NCBI RefSeq assembly: GCF_021028975.2
Contig: NC_059436.1
Span: 34,286,001-34,350,000 of the forward strand
DNA: 64,000 nt
Reading direction: 5' to 3'
DNA from: Sphaerodactylus townsendi
Lineage: Eukaryota
Shown: one piece after another, positions 1-12,494 of the stretch
How the letters are laid out: every line of letters begins with the position of its first letter
How positions within the stretch are numbered: the first letter of the stretch is position 1
The notes under the pieces: model-generated
What the model was told of the DNA's origin: nothing
What the model saw: only the letters and a program-made list of their open reading frames with translations
Database searches by the model: none
Made by a program: the position numbers and the translations under genes

Positions 1-217
1 TCAGTAATGTTTACTGCAACCAGCATAAGCTCCCCAGAACCTTGGGCGGACAATTACTCCTTTGCTGTAGCTGTTACCAAAGATGTTGGGGACTGAAAAT
101 AAAACATGTGCTTGACCCCTAGGTCACAGCCCCCATCCCTGGATTATTCACAGCCCTATTTAGCATAGTCTTATTTGGCACTTGGATGTGTTGGCACGCC
201 CAAGGCAGAATACTTAC

Positions 218-326
218 TTTTCCAGGGCTCAGCCATGTTTGCATAAGTGATGACTCCACAGACAACTAAGAAAGCAAATATGAAGAGGATCACGTTCCGT
301 TGGAGACGGGACAGCTGCTTCCATTT
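218..326 (-). CDS. MAN1B1: MAN1B1 (ER mannosyl-oligosaccharide 1,2-alpha-mannosidase) coding exon 2, 109 nt, includes the type II transmembrane anchor; gene continues beyond the left edge of the window
   Basis: Minus strand reads cag|AAA TGG AAG CAG... = [36 protein letters not shown], then A|gtaagt. It matches human [28 protein letters not shown] and joins exon 1 in phase 0. Confidence 0.93.
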
Positions 327-2361
327 CTGAGAGTGAAACAATGCTATAGATTAGATGAGGTTTGCAGCCCATGATATGGAGTAGAATCAACATAGCCGGC
401 CTCCAAGCCTCTCTGCAAGTTTCTTCAAATAGCATTCATTGCGGCCCTGTTTCAACTCCTTCTTTTCCTCTCTCTGAGAGGCAGTAGAGAGAAAGCACCT
501 CCTGAGTTATTATTCATGCCATGCCATTAATGGACCTGGCACTTTACAGAATCCAAAGCAGGAGAGCTGCACCAACAGAGGAGAAATTGAAAAGAGCTAC
601 GGAAAAGTGATTTTAATTAACCCAGGTCTCTTTGTCAAAGGTATTCTTCTACCCTGTTCCCAAGATACAGATCCCTTTCTGCAGCAAAGGGAACATAGCT
701 GTGGTTCCAAATAGACTGAGTAGACGGCAAAAAGTAACATTCATTTCCCACAAGACCCCATAAGCAAATAAATAAAAATCCCTGCCCAAGCAGCTTACAG
801 CTGGAAGTCTGGTAGCAGTGAAGAATTGCTAGGCAACATTAAAGGGGAATAAGCATAAGCAACTACAGATAGGGAACAATGAATGGGAATTGAGGAGAGT
901 AACATAATTCTCTCCACAAGCCTTTGATCCCATCCTGATTTTATCACATTTCCACTCTTGCCTCTGTCTCCCACAGCTCAACTTCTCTATAAAAACATCA
1001 CCTTTTTCTTCTACATGGCCTGACACACTATATCAGTAGCAACACTGGATCTTACTGGATGCTGAAGTGTTTTCCAGGCGGTGTGGCCATAGTCTAGTAG
1101 CCTAACATTTTGCCCAAATCTATGACTAGCAACTTTAGAGGCATGTCACAGGAAGATGTGTTTCTCTCTATGGCACATAGCCTTCGACAATACACTGCTG
1201 TTTTACTTCACCACGCTCCCATTTTGAGTGGGGCTTGGTGACAGCTGTCAAAAGGGAAAAAAAAAACCCTGCCAATTCTTTACTCCACAGACCTTTCTCA
1301 AAGGGTGACAGCATGGATAGGAGCCACGGGGGTTTCAACCCAGATGTCGGCCTTGTTTTTGTTCTGATGTTCCTCCATGTTCAAGAATGCCACATTGCTG
1401 GATTGGGGGTTGTGGGGAAAGCAACAAAGGAAGGCTGTTTGCGTTCTGGTTGGCCACTATGGAAACAGGACACTAAAGGGCTCCAGAAATTCTGCAACAA
1501 TTGGCTTTCAGTTACCAGCTCTGTTATTATCACGTAAGAGTAAAAACAGATTCTAGGGCTCTAACATAGGGCCACCGGTGGTATTACTGGTTCTCCCATT
1601 TGCTCTGCCCAGCAACACTATCCTGGGAAAGTTTACATGCATGCATTTAACAGTAGCATGACAGGACAAAAATCCAACAAATGCAGCTTTTCCAGCAACC
1701 AGCATCCTGTCCTTGAGTTTCCAGCCTTGCAGCTTTAAAATACATAGGAAGTCTTGCCGGCAATTTTTAGTAGAGGAGGAGGAATGTGAAGTCCAGAGCA
1801 ATTCGGTTTTACTGGTTCTTCTGCTTCCTACATTCCTAATGGTTCCAAGTATGGTTTGCAAGTATGGTATGTCCACCACCCCATCATACAACCACCATAA
1901 AAAAATTAAACCACCTGAAAAGGCTGACAGATGTTGCTTTTCCTATAACCAGGGGTAGGAGAAGAGAAGCAGCTGCACTTGGGGTTCTTGCCATGTCTCC
2001 AACAGTTAAAGAGTTAGGCTGAGCTCCAGAACAACTCGAGCATACGAAGAAATCAAACAGGTGGAGCTTTTGCTGCAATGGGAGTAAAGGACTGTACCTG
2101 GTGGATTCCTACCCTGCAGCTGTTAAAAGCTCAGACTCTCCTGCTGTAAAAAGCAATAAGTAGAACGACCACTGTAAAACCTTTCCCCAACAACCTGCCC
2201 AGCACGCTCACGGGCTAGCCCCAAAAAGACAGTCATGAACTTCCCACCCCCGCCTACAAAAGACGCAGTGGAGGGGTCTACCCATGTGCCGCCTTGCCCC
2301 TGCCGCAAGGGGCGCTGCTGAGCTGCTCCACCACCCGCGACTCTATGGCTCCCCTCCTCAC

Positions 2362-2511
2362 CCGTAAACAAGACCGTCTCCGCCAGGCCTTGCTGTTGTT
2401 GTAGCCGCCGCCTCCTCCCGCCGCCGCCTGAAGCCCTCCACCGCCAGGGCTGAGCGTTACCGAGATGAAGTCCCGCCTGGGCGGCGGCGGCGGCAACGAA
2501 GCCGAGTACAT
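2362..2511 (-). CDS. MAN1B1: MAN1B1 coding exon 1 (50 aa cytoplasmic tail)
   Basis: GCCACCATG Kozak. [21 protein letters not shown]...[14 protein letters not shown]|gtgagg matches human [33 protein letters not shown]. Lies in a CpG island. Confidence 0.93.
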
Positions 2512-2530
2512 GGTGGCCAGCGACGGTCCT

Positions 2531-2563
2531 TCAAACGCTGACGGTTCTTTCGGCGGTCGCCAT
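2531..2563 (-). other. Candidate uORF ([10 protein letters not shown]) in the MAN1B1 5' leader
   Basis: gtaATGG context at 2563 and TGA at 2533-2531. Out of frame with the main ATG and ends 19 nt before it. TSS unknown. Confidence 0.5.
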
Positions 2564-2734
2564 TACTCCTCCAGCTGTTGTCAAGGCTATAGAGATGTTG
2601 GGAGAGAGCGGCTTTTCCAGTGTGTCTCCCTTCTCCCACAAACGAAGCTCTATGGTGTCGCTCATAGCAACATCCCCCAGTAGGCCTCGCTTGGTAACAC
2701 CTCGCTTCACACTCGTCTTCCGTGCAAAATAGCA

Positions 2735-2922
2735 GATGCTAATCTACAGATGGTGCCTGGAGATCTCCTGGGAAATACAGCTGATCTCCACACTACAGAA
2801 AGTAGGAGAAAATGGCAGCTTTGGAGGGTGGGCTGCATAGCATGATACCCACTTAAGGCCCTTCTTGCAAACTCCACTCCCAAATCTCCAGGATGTTCCC
2901 AACCCAGAGTTGGCAACTCTAG
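2735..2922. mobile_element. Non-autonomous DNA-transposon-like repeat with AGGGTTGCCAA/TTGGCAACCCT termini (degenerate copy)
   Basis: Shares ggagatctcc...ctgatctcca...ccaacccagagttggcaac with copies at ~52030, ~62480 and ~63300. Confidence 0.55.
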
Positions 2923-5900
2923 CAAGTTGGTGTAAAATAGGTAAAACAGACGTTCCTAATTGTAATTTCTCACCTTTTTTCCTTGAAGTACTTTTCGCAG
3001 GAAAATTTCTGCTGCCAGTTATACTCTTTTCCACTAAAAGATGATAGTAGAATTATATATTAAAACACCATTTCCTGGACCTTCTTGGTTCCAGAATGCT
3101 CCACTTGGTTCCTACTGCCTTGCAGAACTAGGTATGCATTAGGACCCAAGCAAAGCATTCTAGAACCAAAAAGGTCCAGGAGATGGGAGATTAATGAACC
3201 ATCCTACTGTCATTTTTTGGTGGAAAAGTGTATAGACGCTGAGAAGAGACCCAAGAGGATATTCACATGGACTATAAAAGCCACTGGTAGTATAACCCTA
3301 AACAGTTACATCCTTCTAATTCCATTGACTTGAAAGGATCTAAAAGATTGCACTGTGAATGATTTTTGGCCCTCATTCTTAACCTATGTCCAGGGTGTTT
3401 TGCTGTGATGATGAAATGAATGTTAGAGAAAAGGTAGGCCGAAATGTAACAAATAGCCTGCCTCTCAGTATATTGCAATTTACAAAATAAACCAAATATG
3501 CCATCTAAAGTGCTCTTAACTAGCAGTGACATATGGTTTTCCGGCAAGGGTTATATTCTGTGCTGGGATTTGTGGGCTTCATTTGTGCTCAGTGCTGCTG
3601 TGACAAAGGAAATGCAGGTTAGAAATCTGGCAGATAAAAATTTATGGCAACAGTGGTGTCCCAAAAGATTGTCAGCAGGTCTGTTGGTCCAATGGAAAAA
3701 TCCCTCAGCAGCATTTGACAAGGGATAAGTCAAAAACTGGATGTATCAAAAAAGCTGATGGGTGGATGTAAAAGCAAAACAATGTTTTGTGATATGACCC
3801 CCCCCCCCTGCAGTTTGTGGTAGTTTTAAAATAGAGAACCACAGGCCTTACTATTTCTGAACTAGGCGGTGCTACGCACATGAAACACTTTAAGGGCTGC
3901 CATGATAGAGAAGTTAGCTAAAATTGTGAAATTCTCATACTTCAGCCCCTACATAAAGCTACCCATTAGCTTCTATTGCATACCAAGCTTTGTTAGCATG
4001 ACTATAATGTTTATTGTTTGCTCTGGACCTTTCCCAATTAGTTAGTACCAGTATTTTCCACTATTTTCAAAAGCCATTTGTAGCCACTTCTTGCCTCTGC
4101 TGCCACTTGAAACGTATGCTTCCACCACACAGTATAAACTCATTAAGCCTGGAACATTTCTTGTGTTCCCTTTTAAAACTGCTGCAGACTTTGACGTTTT
4201 CCTGTCAAGTACTAGATCATTATAACCAACAAACAGTCTGGCAAAATGGGTGGGGGGGTGTTTGAAAGCTCATATCTGTGAAAAAATTTGGCTGGTTCCA
4301 ATAAAAATCATATTGCTTTTTTAAAATTTTATTTCCACAAAGAATGTATTATGACATTTATGCTGTCATCTTTTGTATAGTTACAGTCACCGTACTTCCA
4401 CATGCATACACGCATACACACTCACCCAGGAAAAAGGTTAATTGAATCCAGTGGGCCTGATTTCCTGCATAAGAACACACAAAGGATGAGACTCCAGGTA
4501 TGAAATATCCAGAACCAAAAGACAGCCCAACAACTCAGCTGTCTCCATAATCCCAATAATCCCCATAATCCAAGATGTAGTTGTTGGGCATGTGAATTTA
4601 AACCCCCTGAACTGTTTCGTCATTCTTGCCAGATGACTATACAAGATGATGGCAATACAAGATGTACTGGGTTTAGGAAAACAGGATAGCTGGGTTTCCC
4701 AAAGCTTTACATGCTTGCGTTCCCTCATCATCCATCACTTGTTTTATAAAGTTTAAGAAAATAAACAAGCTGAAACTACTTCAAGTATTCATCACACTCC
4801 TTCCTCTCCAGGTACAAGAAAACATGGTTGCATCTCCGTTGATGGTCTTGTGCCATACAACTGGTAAAGCCCAGATTGCATATCTGAAGCATCATGTGGC
4901 CCAAGTACAGGGTTAAGAGGATGGCTGTTTCAACATGAATGTCTCCTACAGCATCTTATTCTTCATGAAAAGGTAAGGGCAGGAACCTTTTGCATTCTTG
5001 TTTCACCCTTGTGGACAGCAAGTGCCTTTATTCATTCACAATAATCAAAGATATGCCAATACTGAAGTAACATCCATGTAATCTCTAATCACTGCAATTT
5101 AATACAGCAGAAAATCCAGAACAGCCTCCTTTTTATCCTCGCTCTAAATAATAATATCCCTCCTGAAAAACCCAGGTGTACCCATTTTCAAAATTAAAAT
5201 ACCATTCAGGCCATGGGAAATCTCCCATCACTCATACAAAATTTAGTTTCTACACTATATAAGAAATTAAAAATGTATATAAACAAGTTTTTGATATTTC
5301 AAAAAATGTGAAGGACCTGAAAATGTATTACAAATAAATCTTCATGTATCGACTCTCTTCCAAGAATCAAAGCACACATATCTGTGTCAGCACAGGGGAA
5401 ACATATATTGCTATTGCTTTTCACGTGCAGAAGACAGTACTCTGAAAATAACAGAGGATGCAGAATTTGTTTAGCCGTTTTTATGTCTCACCTTTCATTT
5501 TTTGTTCATGTTAAAAAAGTATAGCTAGGAAAATACAGTTAAAATGTGGCAGCTGTGCCTACTGAAATCTCAGAAGCTGGAAAAGAGACAGATTCATATT
5601 TTAAACAGCTGGGATGGTTTCAGGCTGTTTACAGAAACAAAAACATACTTACACAAAAAAGTATAGAATAAATTAAGCTACATGCAACCATGCAAATATG
5701 CCCAGACTGTTAAAAGTATACAAATTAGACCAACATGGAGATGAACTGGATAAAGATTTGGAAAAGGCACCAAATCCTCTGTACCCATATGGTTGCAACA
5801 GTCCGCAGAGAAGAAAAGCCCTATAATGAACTGTCAGGTCTTTAATCCCCATCACTGCATTTTTTAATTTTACCACTGCTGACATCAAGCTGCTGTTTTT

Positions 5901-6298
5901 GATGTGTGTTTTTTAAAAGGCTCAAGTGTCAGCCCTACTTTGAAAAATCTTTAAGAAATAGTAGGCACAAGTATTTCTCCCCCTGCCCCACCCCCTTCCT
6001 CCCTCTCTAGCACATGTAGCATCTTCAGGACAAAAGTCACGTTTCAAAAGACCCAGAAAGAATATGGCATGCTACTACCTAGCTTCAAGGTTTAAGGAAA
6101 GAAAAAATTCTGTTCAGGCAGAGCAGCAGTAAAATGCTTGCTCAGTGATTGTGTGGTGGCAGGATGAATGCCAGTCATGTTGGACCATCAAATCACTTGC
6201 TTCCATAAGACAAAAAAAGTATATGAAAGAAACTCAAAAATAAAGAATTTCCCAGAAAAGGCTAGTTGCCAGAGTTTATCTCCTGAGAGAGGTCTCCT

Positions 6299-6388
6299 TC
6301 ATTCATGCTGTGCTATGAATTTCTCTACATCTTCATCCAGAAGAAAAGGTGACTGAAGAATTTTTGCTTTCAAGTATGCATCTAGACC
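6299..6388 (-). CDS. UAP1L1: UAP1L1 exon 9 (terminal, includes TGA)
   Basis: aag|GGT CTA GAT...: GLDAYLKAKILQSPFLLDEDVEKFIAQHE*. Phase 0. Confidence 0.88.
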   Translation of the reverse strand, partial: GLDAYLKAKILQSPFLLDEDVEKFIAQHE

Positions 6389-6699
6389 CTTAAAAAAAGG
6401 GAAGAGGAATAATGTAAATATTTCAAATAATTATTTTGTTGATCTCTCAAGTTTTTAATGTTTCTAATAATGCTCTAACATCTCAGGAATTCTGCAGAGA
6501 ATGTAACTCAAATTTTATAAAGAATATACACCAAAATGAACATATTTTGTACTCTGCCCTATTGAGTAGGAGCAGAATGAATTCTTCAGGAAATTTCAGG
6601 GATCCACTTCAATTGTACCTTTATTTCTAAGCCAGCGCAAAGGTATATTGTTACTTTCTTTTACAAGATAACCATGGTCTACACAAAATCTATGCTCAC

Positions 6700-6766
6700 C
6701 TCCCCAAAGTAAGAGACTAGAGGTGAAATTTCACACACAACAGGTGACTCTTCATCTTCTGATAAA
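6700..6766 (-). CDS. UAP1L1: UAP1L1 exon 8 (67 nt)
   Basis: cag|T LSEDEESPVVCEISPLVSYFGE|gtgagc. Contains the UAP family CEISPLVSY-GE motif. Confidence 0.92.
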
Positions 6767-7143
6767 CTGAAAAAGAAAGCAGACATGAGTGCAATAAAGA
6801 GAAGCACTAAGGCATGCACAGAGTGCCTTCCTCACACCACTGGAGTAACCACAGGAAGCCCTTTCATATCTGGGATCAGGAGAGATTCTATGTCAGAAAG
6901 GGAAATATTTCAGCAAGCTTCAAGGCTCAGCCCCTCTAGCTTTAAAAGTCAGCAGCTGAATTCGTACCTGTGACACTTCTTTTGCCTCCCCCATTGTAAA
7001 AGACCATGTCTCAGAAACTACAAATCATGCTGCAAACATTTTGCACTGGAGACACCAGATTTCCAGTTCTGCTCCAAAACTGCTAATCTGAACTACAATT
7101 TCCAGAATTCCACTGAAAGAACAAGAGAACAAGCCACACTTAC

Positions 7144-7329
7144 CTGTATTTCTCAGGTATTCTTTGACCATTGGCTTCAACAAATGTTGCTCCAGCCTTC
7201 ACAGCCCAGCGGTAGTGTTGGAACAGGAGTGCCTGCCGTGTCGTGGTGGGCGTATCTTTGTTGGCAGTGTCTGCATTTTTCAGTGGAGAGAATTCATCTT
7301 CTCTTGGAACTTCAAAGGCCACAAAATTT
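7144..7329 (-). CDS. UAP1L1: UAP1L1 exon 7 (186 nt)
   Basis: tag|A NFVAFEVPREDEFSPLKNA...IPEKY AG|gtaagt. Contains the EFSPLKN motif. Confidence 0.93.
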
Positions 7330-7517
7330 CTATCAACAAAGGAGAACTTAGAGGCTTAGAACTAGCTGCCAAGAGCCAACAACATGCTTCAGAAGAGGAA
7401 GAAAATGTTAACATAGGATATAACAGAAACCGAAGTTGGGAAATTAGGAAGGAAGGCTGCCGATCTTGGGTTTTCCCCACCCCACTCCTTGCTGGCAACT
7501 GGTTTGGGCTTTAACTA

Positions 7518-7780
7518 GAAGAGAAGAATAATAGTTTGAATTTATATCTCACTTTTCTCCTCCCCTTCTTCTCCCCACAACAGACACCTTGTGAGGTAGG
7601 TGGGGCTGAGAGAGTTTGCAGAGAACTGTGACTAGCTCAAGGTCACCCTCAGGCTTCATGTATAGGAGCGGAGAAACAAATCCAGTTCACCAGATAAGAG
7701 TCTGCTGCTCATGTGGAGGAGTAGGGAATCAAACCCAGTTCTCCAGGTTCGAGTCCACTGCTCTTAACCATTACACCATG
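7518..7780 (-). mobile_element. tRNA-derived squamate SINE (Squam3-like)
   Basis: Minus-strand head TGGTGTAATGGTTAAGAGC...(A box) and GGTTTGATTCCC (B box). Body is shared with about ten copies in the window. Confidence 0.75.
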
Positions 7781-8492
7781 CTAACTCAACTCAACGAGGT
7801 CTGCATTTGAGAAGGCTTTGAGTTCTAACAGGATGTAAACAATTAAAAATGCCATTGTAAGAAAACAGAATGGGGAAAAACAGAAATAAGCTTAAAATCA
7901 TTTTAAATGTTCCATTGGGGAAAACTGAAGCTGAAATATTGAACTAAATGATTGCATTGCCTCAATGTACTCCGGTCACTTCCAAGCCATGTGCCATGAT
8001 GTACTGATAAATAGTTCCTCTGTAAGCCCAAACACTAGTCTATAGAAGAGGCTGCCCCTCCAAGGTAATTTGACCATTGCATCAAGTACAACCAGTGCTC
8101 TGAATGGCTCCCCCTAGAGCCACACAGCAAATTTTGTACCCTCTGAAGAGGATGCCAATCCCTTTGTGAGTTGCAGCTCTGAACAGGCTTTCTTTCCACC
8201 AGAAGACACCTCCAGATCCATGATTCACAAACAAAAAGAGCAAGTGGGGGATAATCTCTTAGTTTACACAAAGCAAATCTCTGAGGATGGGCACTAATTT
8301 TTAATTCAGAGTAATAAGTTACCTAAGGCACTGATTATCTAAGGCACTATACAATAAGTTATCTAAGGATCCACTCTTTCCAGCTACCACTTCTGTCTCA
8401 AAGGATACCAGCTAATGCAGTCTTCCCCATCAAAGAGTACAGGATAGAAAAAATGAAAGAGAAAGAGTGGAGAAGAGAGATCTGCCACTAAC

Positions 8493-8633
8493 TTAGAAAA
8501 CTGGAACACATCAAACACAAACTTCTCCAGCTTTATCCCGTTGGGTTTTAGAGGCTTTACCAGATTGCCCTTCTCATCCACAAACGGCACCTTCTTGATA
8601 GCCACATGATGCTTCAGCTGGGGTTCGAATTTC
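8493..8633 (-). CDS. UAP1L1: UAP1L1 exon 6 (141 nt)
   Basis: tag|[49 protein letters not shown]|gttagt. Confidence 0.93.
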
Positions 8634-8844
8634 CTAGTGGGGCGGAAGAATACAACCATGAGCAAATGAGTCCCCTCTTCCCCCAGACAATGTTCTGAGG
8701 TTTCTGCAGTACTAGCAGTGCCAGGCAAGTATCCTCAACAAAGCTACAGTTCTTGGTGTTATCCATCTTCCAGTGTATAGGGATGAGGCAGCAGCATTCT
8801 TGGACAGGTTGAAGCCCCTCTGGACTTCAGAATACACCTTAGAA

Positions 8845-8990
8845 CCGTGGTGGCGAACCTTTGGCACTCCAGACGTTATGGACTACAATTCCCATCAGCC
8901 CCTGCCAGCATGGTCAATTGACCATGCTGGCAGGGGCTGATGGGAATTGTAGTCCATAACATCTGGAGTGCCAAAGGTTCGCCACCACTG
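8845..8990. mobile_element. hAT-type MITE, near-perfect 146-bp palindrome, in UAP1L1 intron 5
   Basis: TIR C(C/A)GTGGTGGCGAACC. 8-bp TSD CCTTAGAA at 8837-8844 and 8991-8998 (nnnTAnnn). Confidence 0.9.
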
Positions 8991-10314
8991 CCTTAGAATG
9001 TATCTTGTTTGTTAACTTCTGCAACCTGACTGTCAGTCCTTGACTGGCCCCCTCTGCTCCCAGCAGGCAACAGGGCAATCTTCCATTTCCTGATGTAGGA
9101 CTGCAAGAAAAGGCCACTTTTCTATGTCCTGCTGGTATCTTGCAGGGCTGTCACTGCACAAGGGAGCCTCGTGCCACTGCCTCACCATGTGAATCTCTCA
9201 CCAGCTGCAGACAGCTGAGTGTGACTCATCTGCTCTCCTGTAAGCCCTGTCATTGCTGGCAAGAATGGAAAGAGCCACCATCCTCCCGTTGGAGGGGAAA
9301 GAGTATACGTGCGTGGAGGGGGTGGGCGGGCATGGAGTATACTGGAAGGCATTTTGCACCTTAAAAAACCTGCAGCCAGTACTGAATAGTATGAAGGGGG
9401 CATTGTGAGTGGCTATGTAGGGGTTCCTAGGTAAATTTACCAGCATGAGAAGGGTGCCCAGAGACAGAGCATTCAACCCCACTGGCATAGAGAGGCATGC
9501 AGAAGGAAGCCATGCTCCATTCCAGACTACATGCAAAGCAACTGACTGATCTGGGCTGTCAGCTTGGCTGCTTGGAATATGCAGAACAGTTTCCATTGAC
9601 TAAGCATGATGTTTTCACAAGTTGCCAAAGAGTTTTGGGAGGGATTTTTTGCGGGGGGGGGGGGGGGGTATACTTTCAGCAGAGCCTGAAACTTGGCTTT
9701 TAGATAGAAAATTAAGCCCTTTTGGAACCTCCCCTTCTGCACAAATATAGATCTGTCCTGCAATCTATCTAAAGGTGCTGGACAGGTCAAATCTCTGCTT
9801 TTTAAACATCTGACCAACAGTCACAGAAAAAGGCCTGCAAATTATACACACAGAAACTTTTTTTTATTTTTATTAGAATCATATGCCACCCTCTGACAGG
9901 CTCAGGGTGATTTCCAACAGATTCTAATATATACATAAAGCCACAAATACTTTTCTGCATCTAAATTTAGCTCCTAGACCTTCCTTTTTATCATAGGGCT
10001 TTGGAATGAGTGCGGTTTGTTTTCTTCATATAATGTGTCGCAAGTTGTTTAAATTGCCAGCTTCTGACCCACACTGCCCTCCCTCCCTGTTACAACAGAA
10101 AACTTCCAATCAAGTGACTGAAATATCAAATATAATGCCACACAATTTGCAGAACCTGACCTGAGATGTCAAGCTCTTTTTGGATCTCACCTTCTGTAAC
10201 ACTACAGTTCTTGAAAGTTTTGTGTCCCTTTCAAATCTCTATTCACTTCCAAAACTCTGAAATTATCTATCAGGAGCACCACCCTCCAGGCCGGGTGGGC
10301 ACTATAGAACTTAC

Positions 10315-10508
10315 TCTGCTATCTCCTGGAGGAAGCCAAGGGTGAAGAAGTGATTGCAGATATTACCGGAGCTGTATGTCAACCGACCATCTGGGTTCCG
10401 CATCTGTGCAGTTTCCAAGGTGATCTCACTGTATTCCACTACCTGGCATATTCCATCCACACGACACACTACCCCAACAGGCTCTGTGGGGTATGCTTTC
10501 TCCACTAC
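10315..10508 (-). CDS. UAP1L1: UAP1L1 exon 5 (194 nt)
   Basis: cag|[29 protein letters not shown]...GNICNHFFT...IA GA|gtaagt. Confidence 0.94.
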
Positions 10509-11921
10509 CTGCAAATACAGGATTAACACCTGATCAGGAACTTAGGGAAGAAGGGATAGCCCAAGAAACAGGACGCTACTGGTCAAAGTAAACTCTGTGC
10601 CAAACCAAATGAAACTTGCCAACTTCAAGTGTTCATATATCTGCTTACTGTGTATAAAATTCTTTACTTTGTGCAAACCACAGAAAAGGGCAAGGGGTTT
10701 TGCAAGGTATCAAAAATATACCCACCTCCTTCGCATTTATTCATTCATTTCTATAAAGTCTAGAAATTCACTTTTCATTTTTTTAAATGGGAGGGAAAGT
10801 ATAAGATGTTGTCTTAGGTGCCAAAGTTATAGACTTCTGAAGCACACAGAACTCCATATGTGTGAACAAAACCAAGACAACTATTTTGAATCCCCAAGAA
10901 AAGCACCCTCCTCTGCTGCCACTTTGCAGCAAATACATGAATTCATGTCTTTGGTAGCCTCTGGTAATCCTTCCCACATAAAATAAATATAGAAGCAGAC
11001 TTTTAAATTACTCATAGATCTCTTGCAGATGTTTAGAACAAATAAAATCACACACACCAGCTATTATCTCTACTATATTTAGTAGTAATGAATCATGCCA
11101 GTCAGAACAGCTAGAGAAACAGACCTCCCACAGACAAGGTATAAGTTCCACAAGAATCCAACACGCCCCCCCCCCCCCAATCACTATAAATTATCCAAGG
11201 ACCCCTCACATGGCCTGATGAGCAGGGACCACAGAATGTTGATTTTCAAATCCCCCTACCAGCAATTATCTGTGGGTGTCCAGCATGTCCCTTATAATAG
11301 CAAAGTTGATAGGCAAGGGCCTGTTCTCAGCCTACTGCCCAGATTTGCAGGGAAGAAAAATAGTTGTTCAATAAACTATACGCACCCACACCGAAATGCT
11401 GTCTCATACGAATAGAGCAAGTTCCTGCCCTTGAGGCCACATAAATGTTAAGGATGCCTGAATCCTCATGTACGAGAAAAGAAAGACAGAGAAGGGGGGG
11501 GGGATTGGCCTACTCAAAGGAACAGTATCAGGAGGGTTTCCCTCTTCACAGGTCCCTGGTGCAAACATCTCACATTGGCAACGGCCAGTCAAAAGACAAG
11601 GCATTTTTCTCTTTAGAGTGAAAAGCAGCGAGGGGTCACAGATTTTTGTAAGCTGCTTTGAAGGAGGAAGAGAGGGAATATTAAATAAACAAATAAAACA
11701 TCCCATTAATGGCTTAGTAGAGACAACAGAGTGAAAAAATGTTTGCAAAGAACCTCCAAAAAGACATCATAGAAGGAACTAACTAAAACACAGCTTTTTT
11801 AACACCACAAATTCTGGGCTATCAAGCAGAGTCACAGCCAACAGATTGGGGAAACCACTTCCACCAAACCCTACAGCTATTCCAGTCCCACACGCTACTA
11901 ATCAGTAAGCAGCAGGGATCA

Positions 11922-12176
<255 letters not shown>

Positions 12177-12318
12177 CTATCCACATTGGATTAAGACAAA
12201 TATCACATTTCCAGGACTAGTTCAGAAGTGGCCTTGCCTCATTTAGCACCAACTTCTTTATCCTTCTCCAGAACTGAAGGCTACTTGTGAAGAGTAGCAG
12301 CTGACTAGTACAGCATAC

Positions 12319-12494
12319 CTGGAGCCATGGCAAGTTTGCCCTTCTCTTCCAGGATGGCCTTCCCATCAAACGTGACAGCAGGAAGCATCCTCTGCTCAAA
12401 CATGACGACGTTTGACTTCTTCAAGTTAAAATAATTATGCTCCTGGAAGAACTTCTCAGTTGGCCCCAGTGTGAACTCGCTTGTCATAATATAC
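12319..12494 (-). CDS. UAP1L1: UAP1L1 exon 3 (176 nt)
   Basis: aag|[23 protein letters not shown]...FEQRMLPAV...MAP G|gtatgc. Confidence 0.93.

Larger units (their letters stand above)
2200..2720. promoter_or_regulatory. CpG island / promoter of MAN1B1
   Basis: High GC and CpG density around exon 1 against a CpG-depleted background. Confidence 0.75.

Noticed and set aside
4235-4310. Possible decayed Penelope end / hammerhead (GAAAGCTCATA); a similar weak trace near 63575
   Set aside because: No intact CUGANGA or pairable stem II, so too degenerate to support.
4000-5035. Candidate UAP1L1 poly(A) signals (minus-strand AATAAA at ~5027, ~4328, ~4011)
   Set aside because: Several equivalent hexamers in AT-rich sequence; cannot choose without 3'-end data.
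8313-8369. Short repeated TATCTAAGGCACT units resembling a repeat-spacer array
   Set aside because: Only three degenerate units with irregular tiny spacers. This is a local slippage duplication in a vertebrate intron, not CRISPR.
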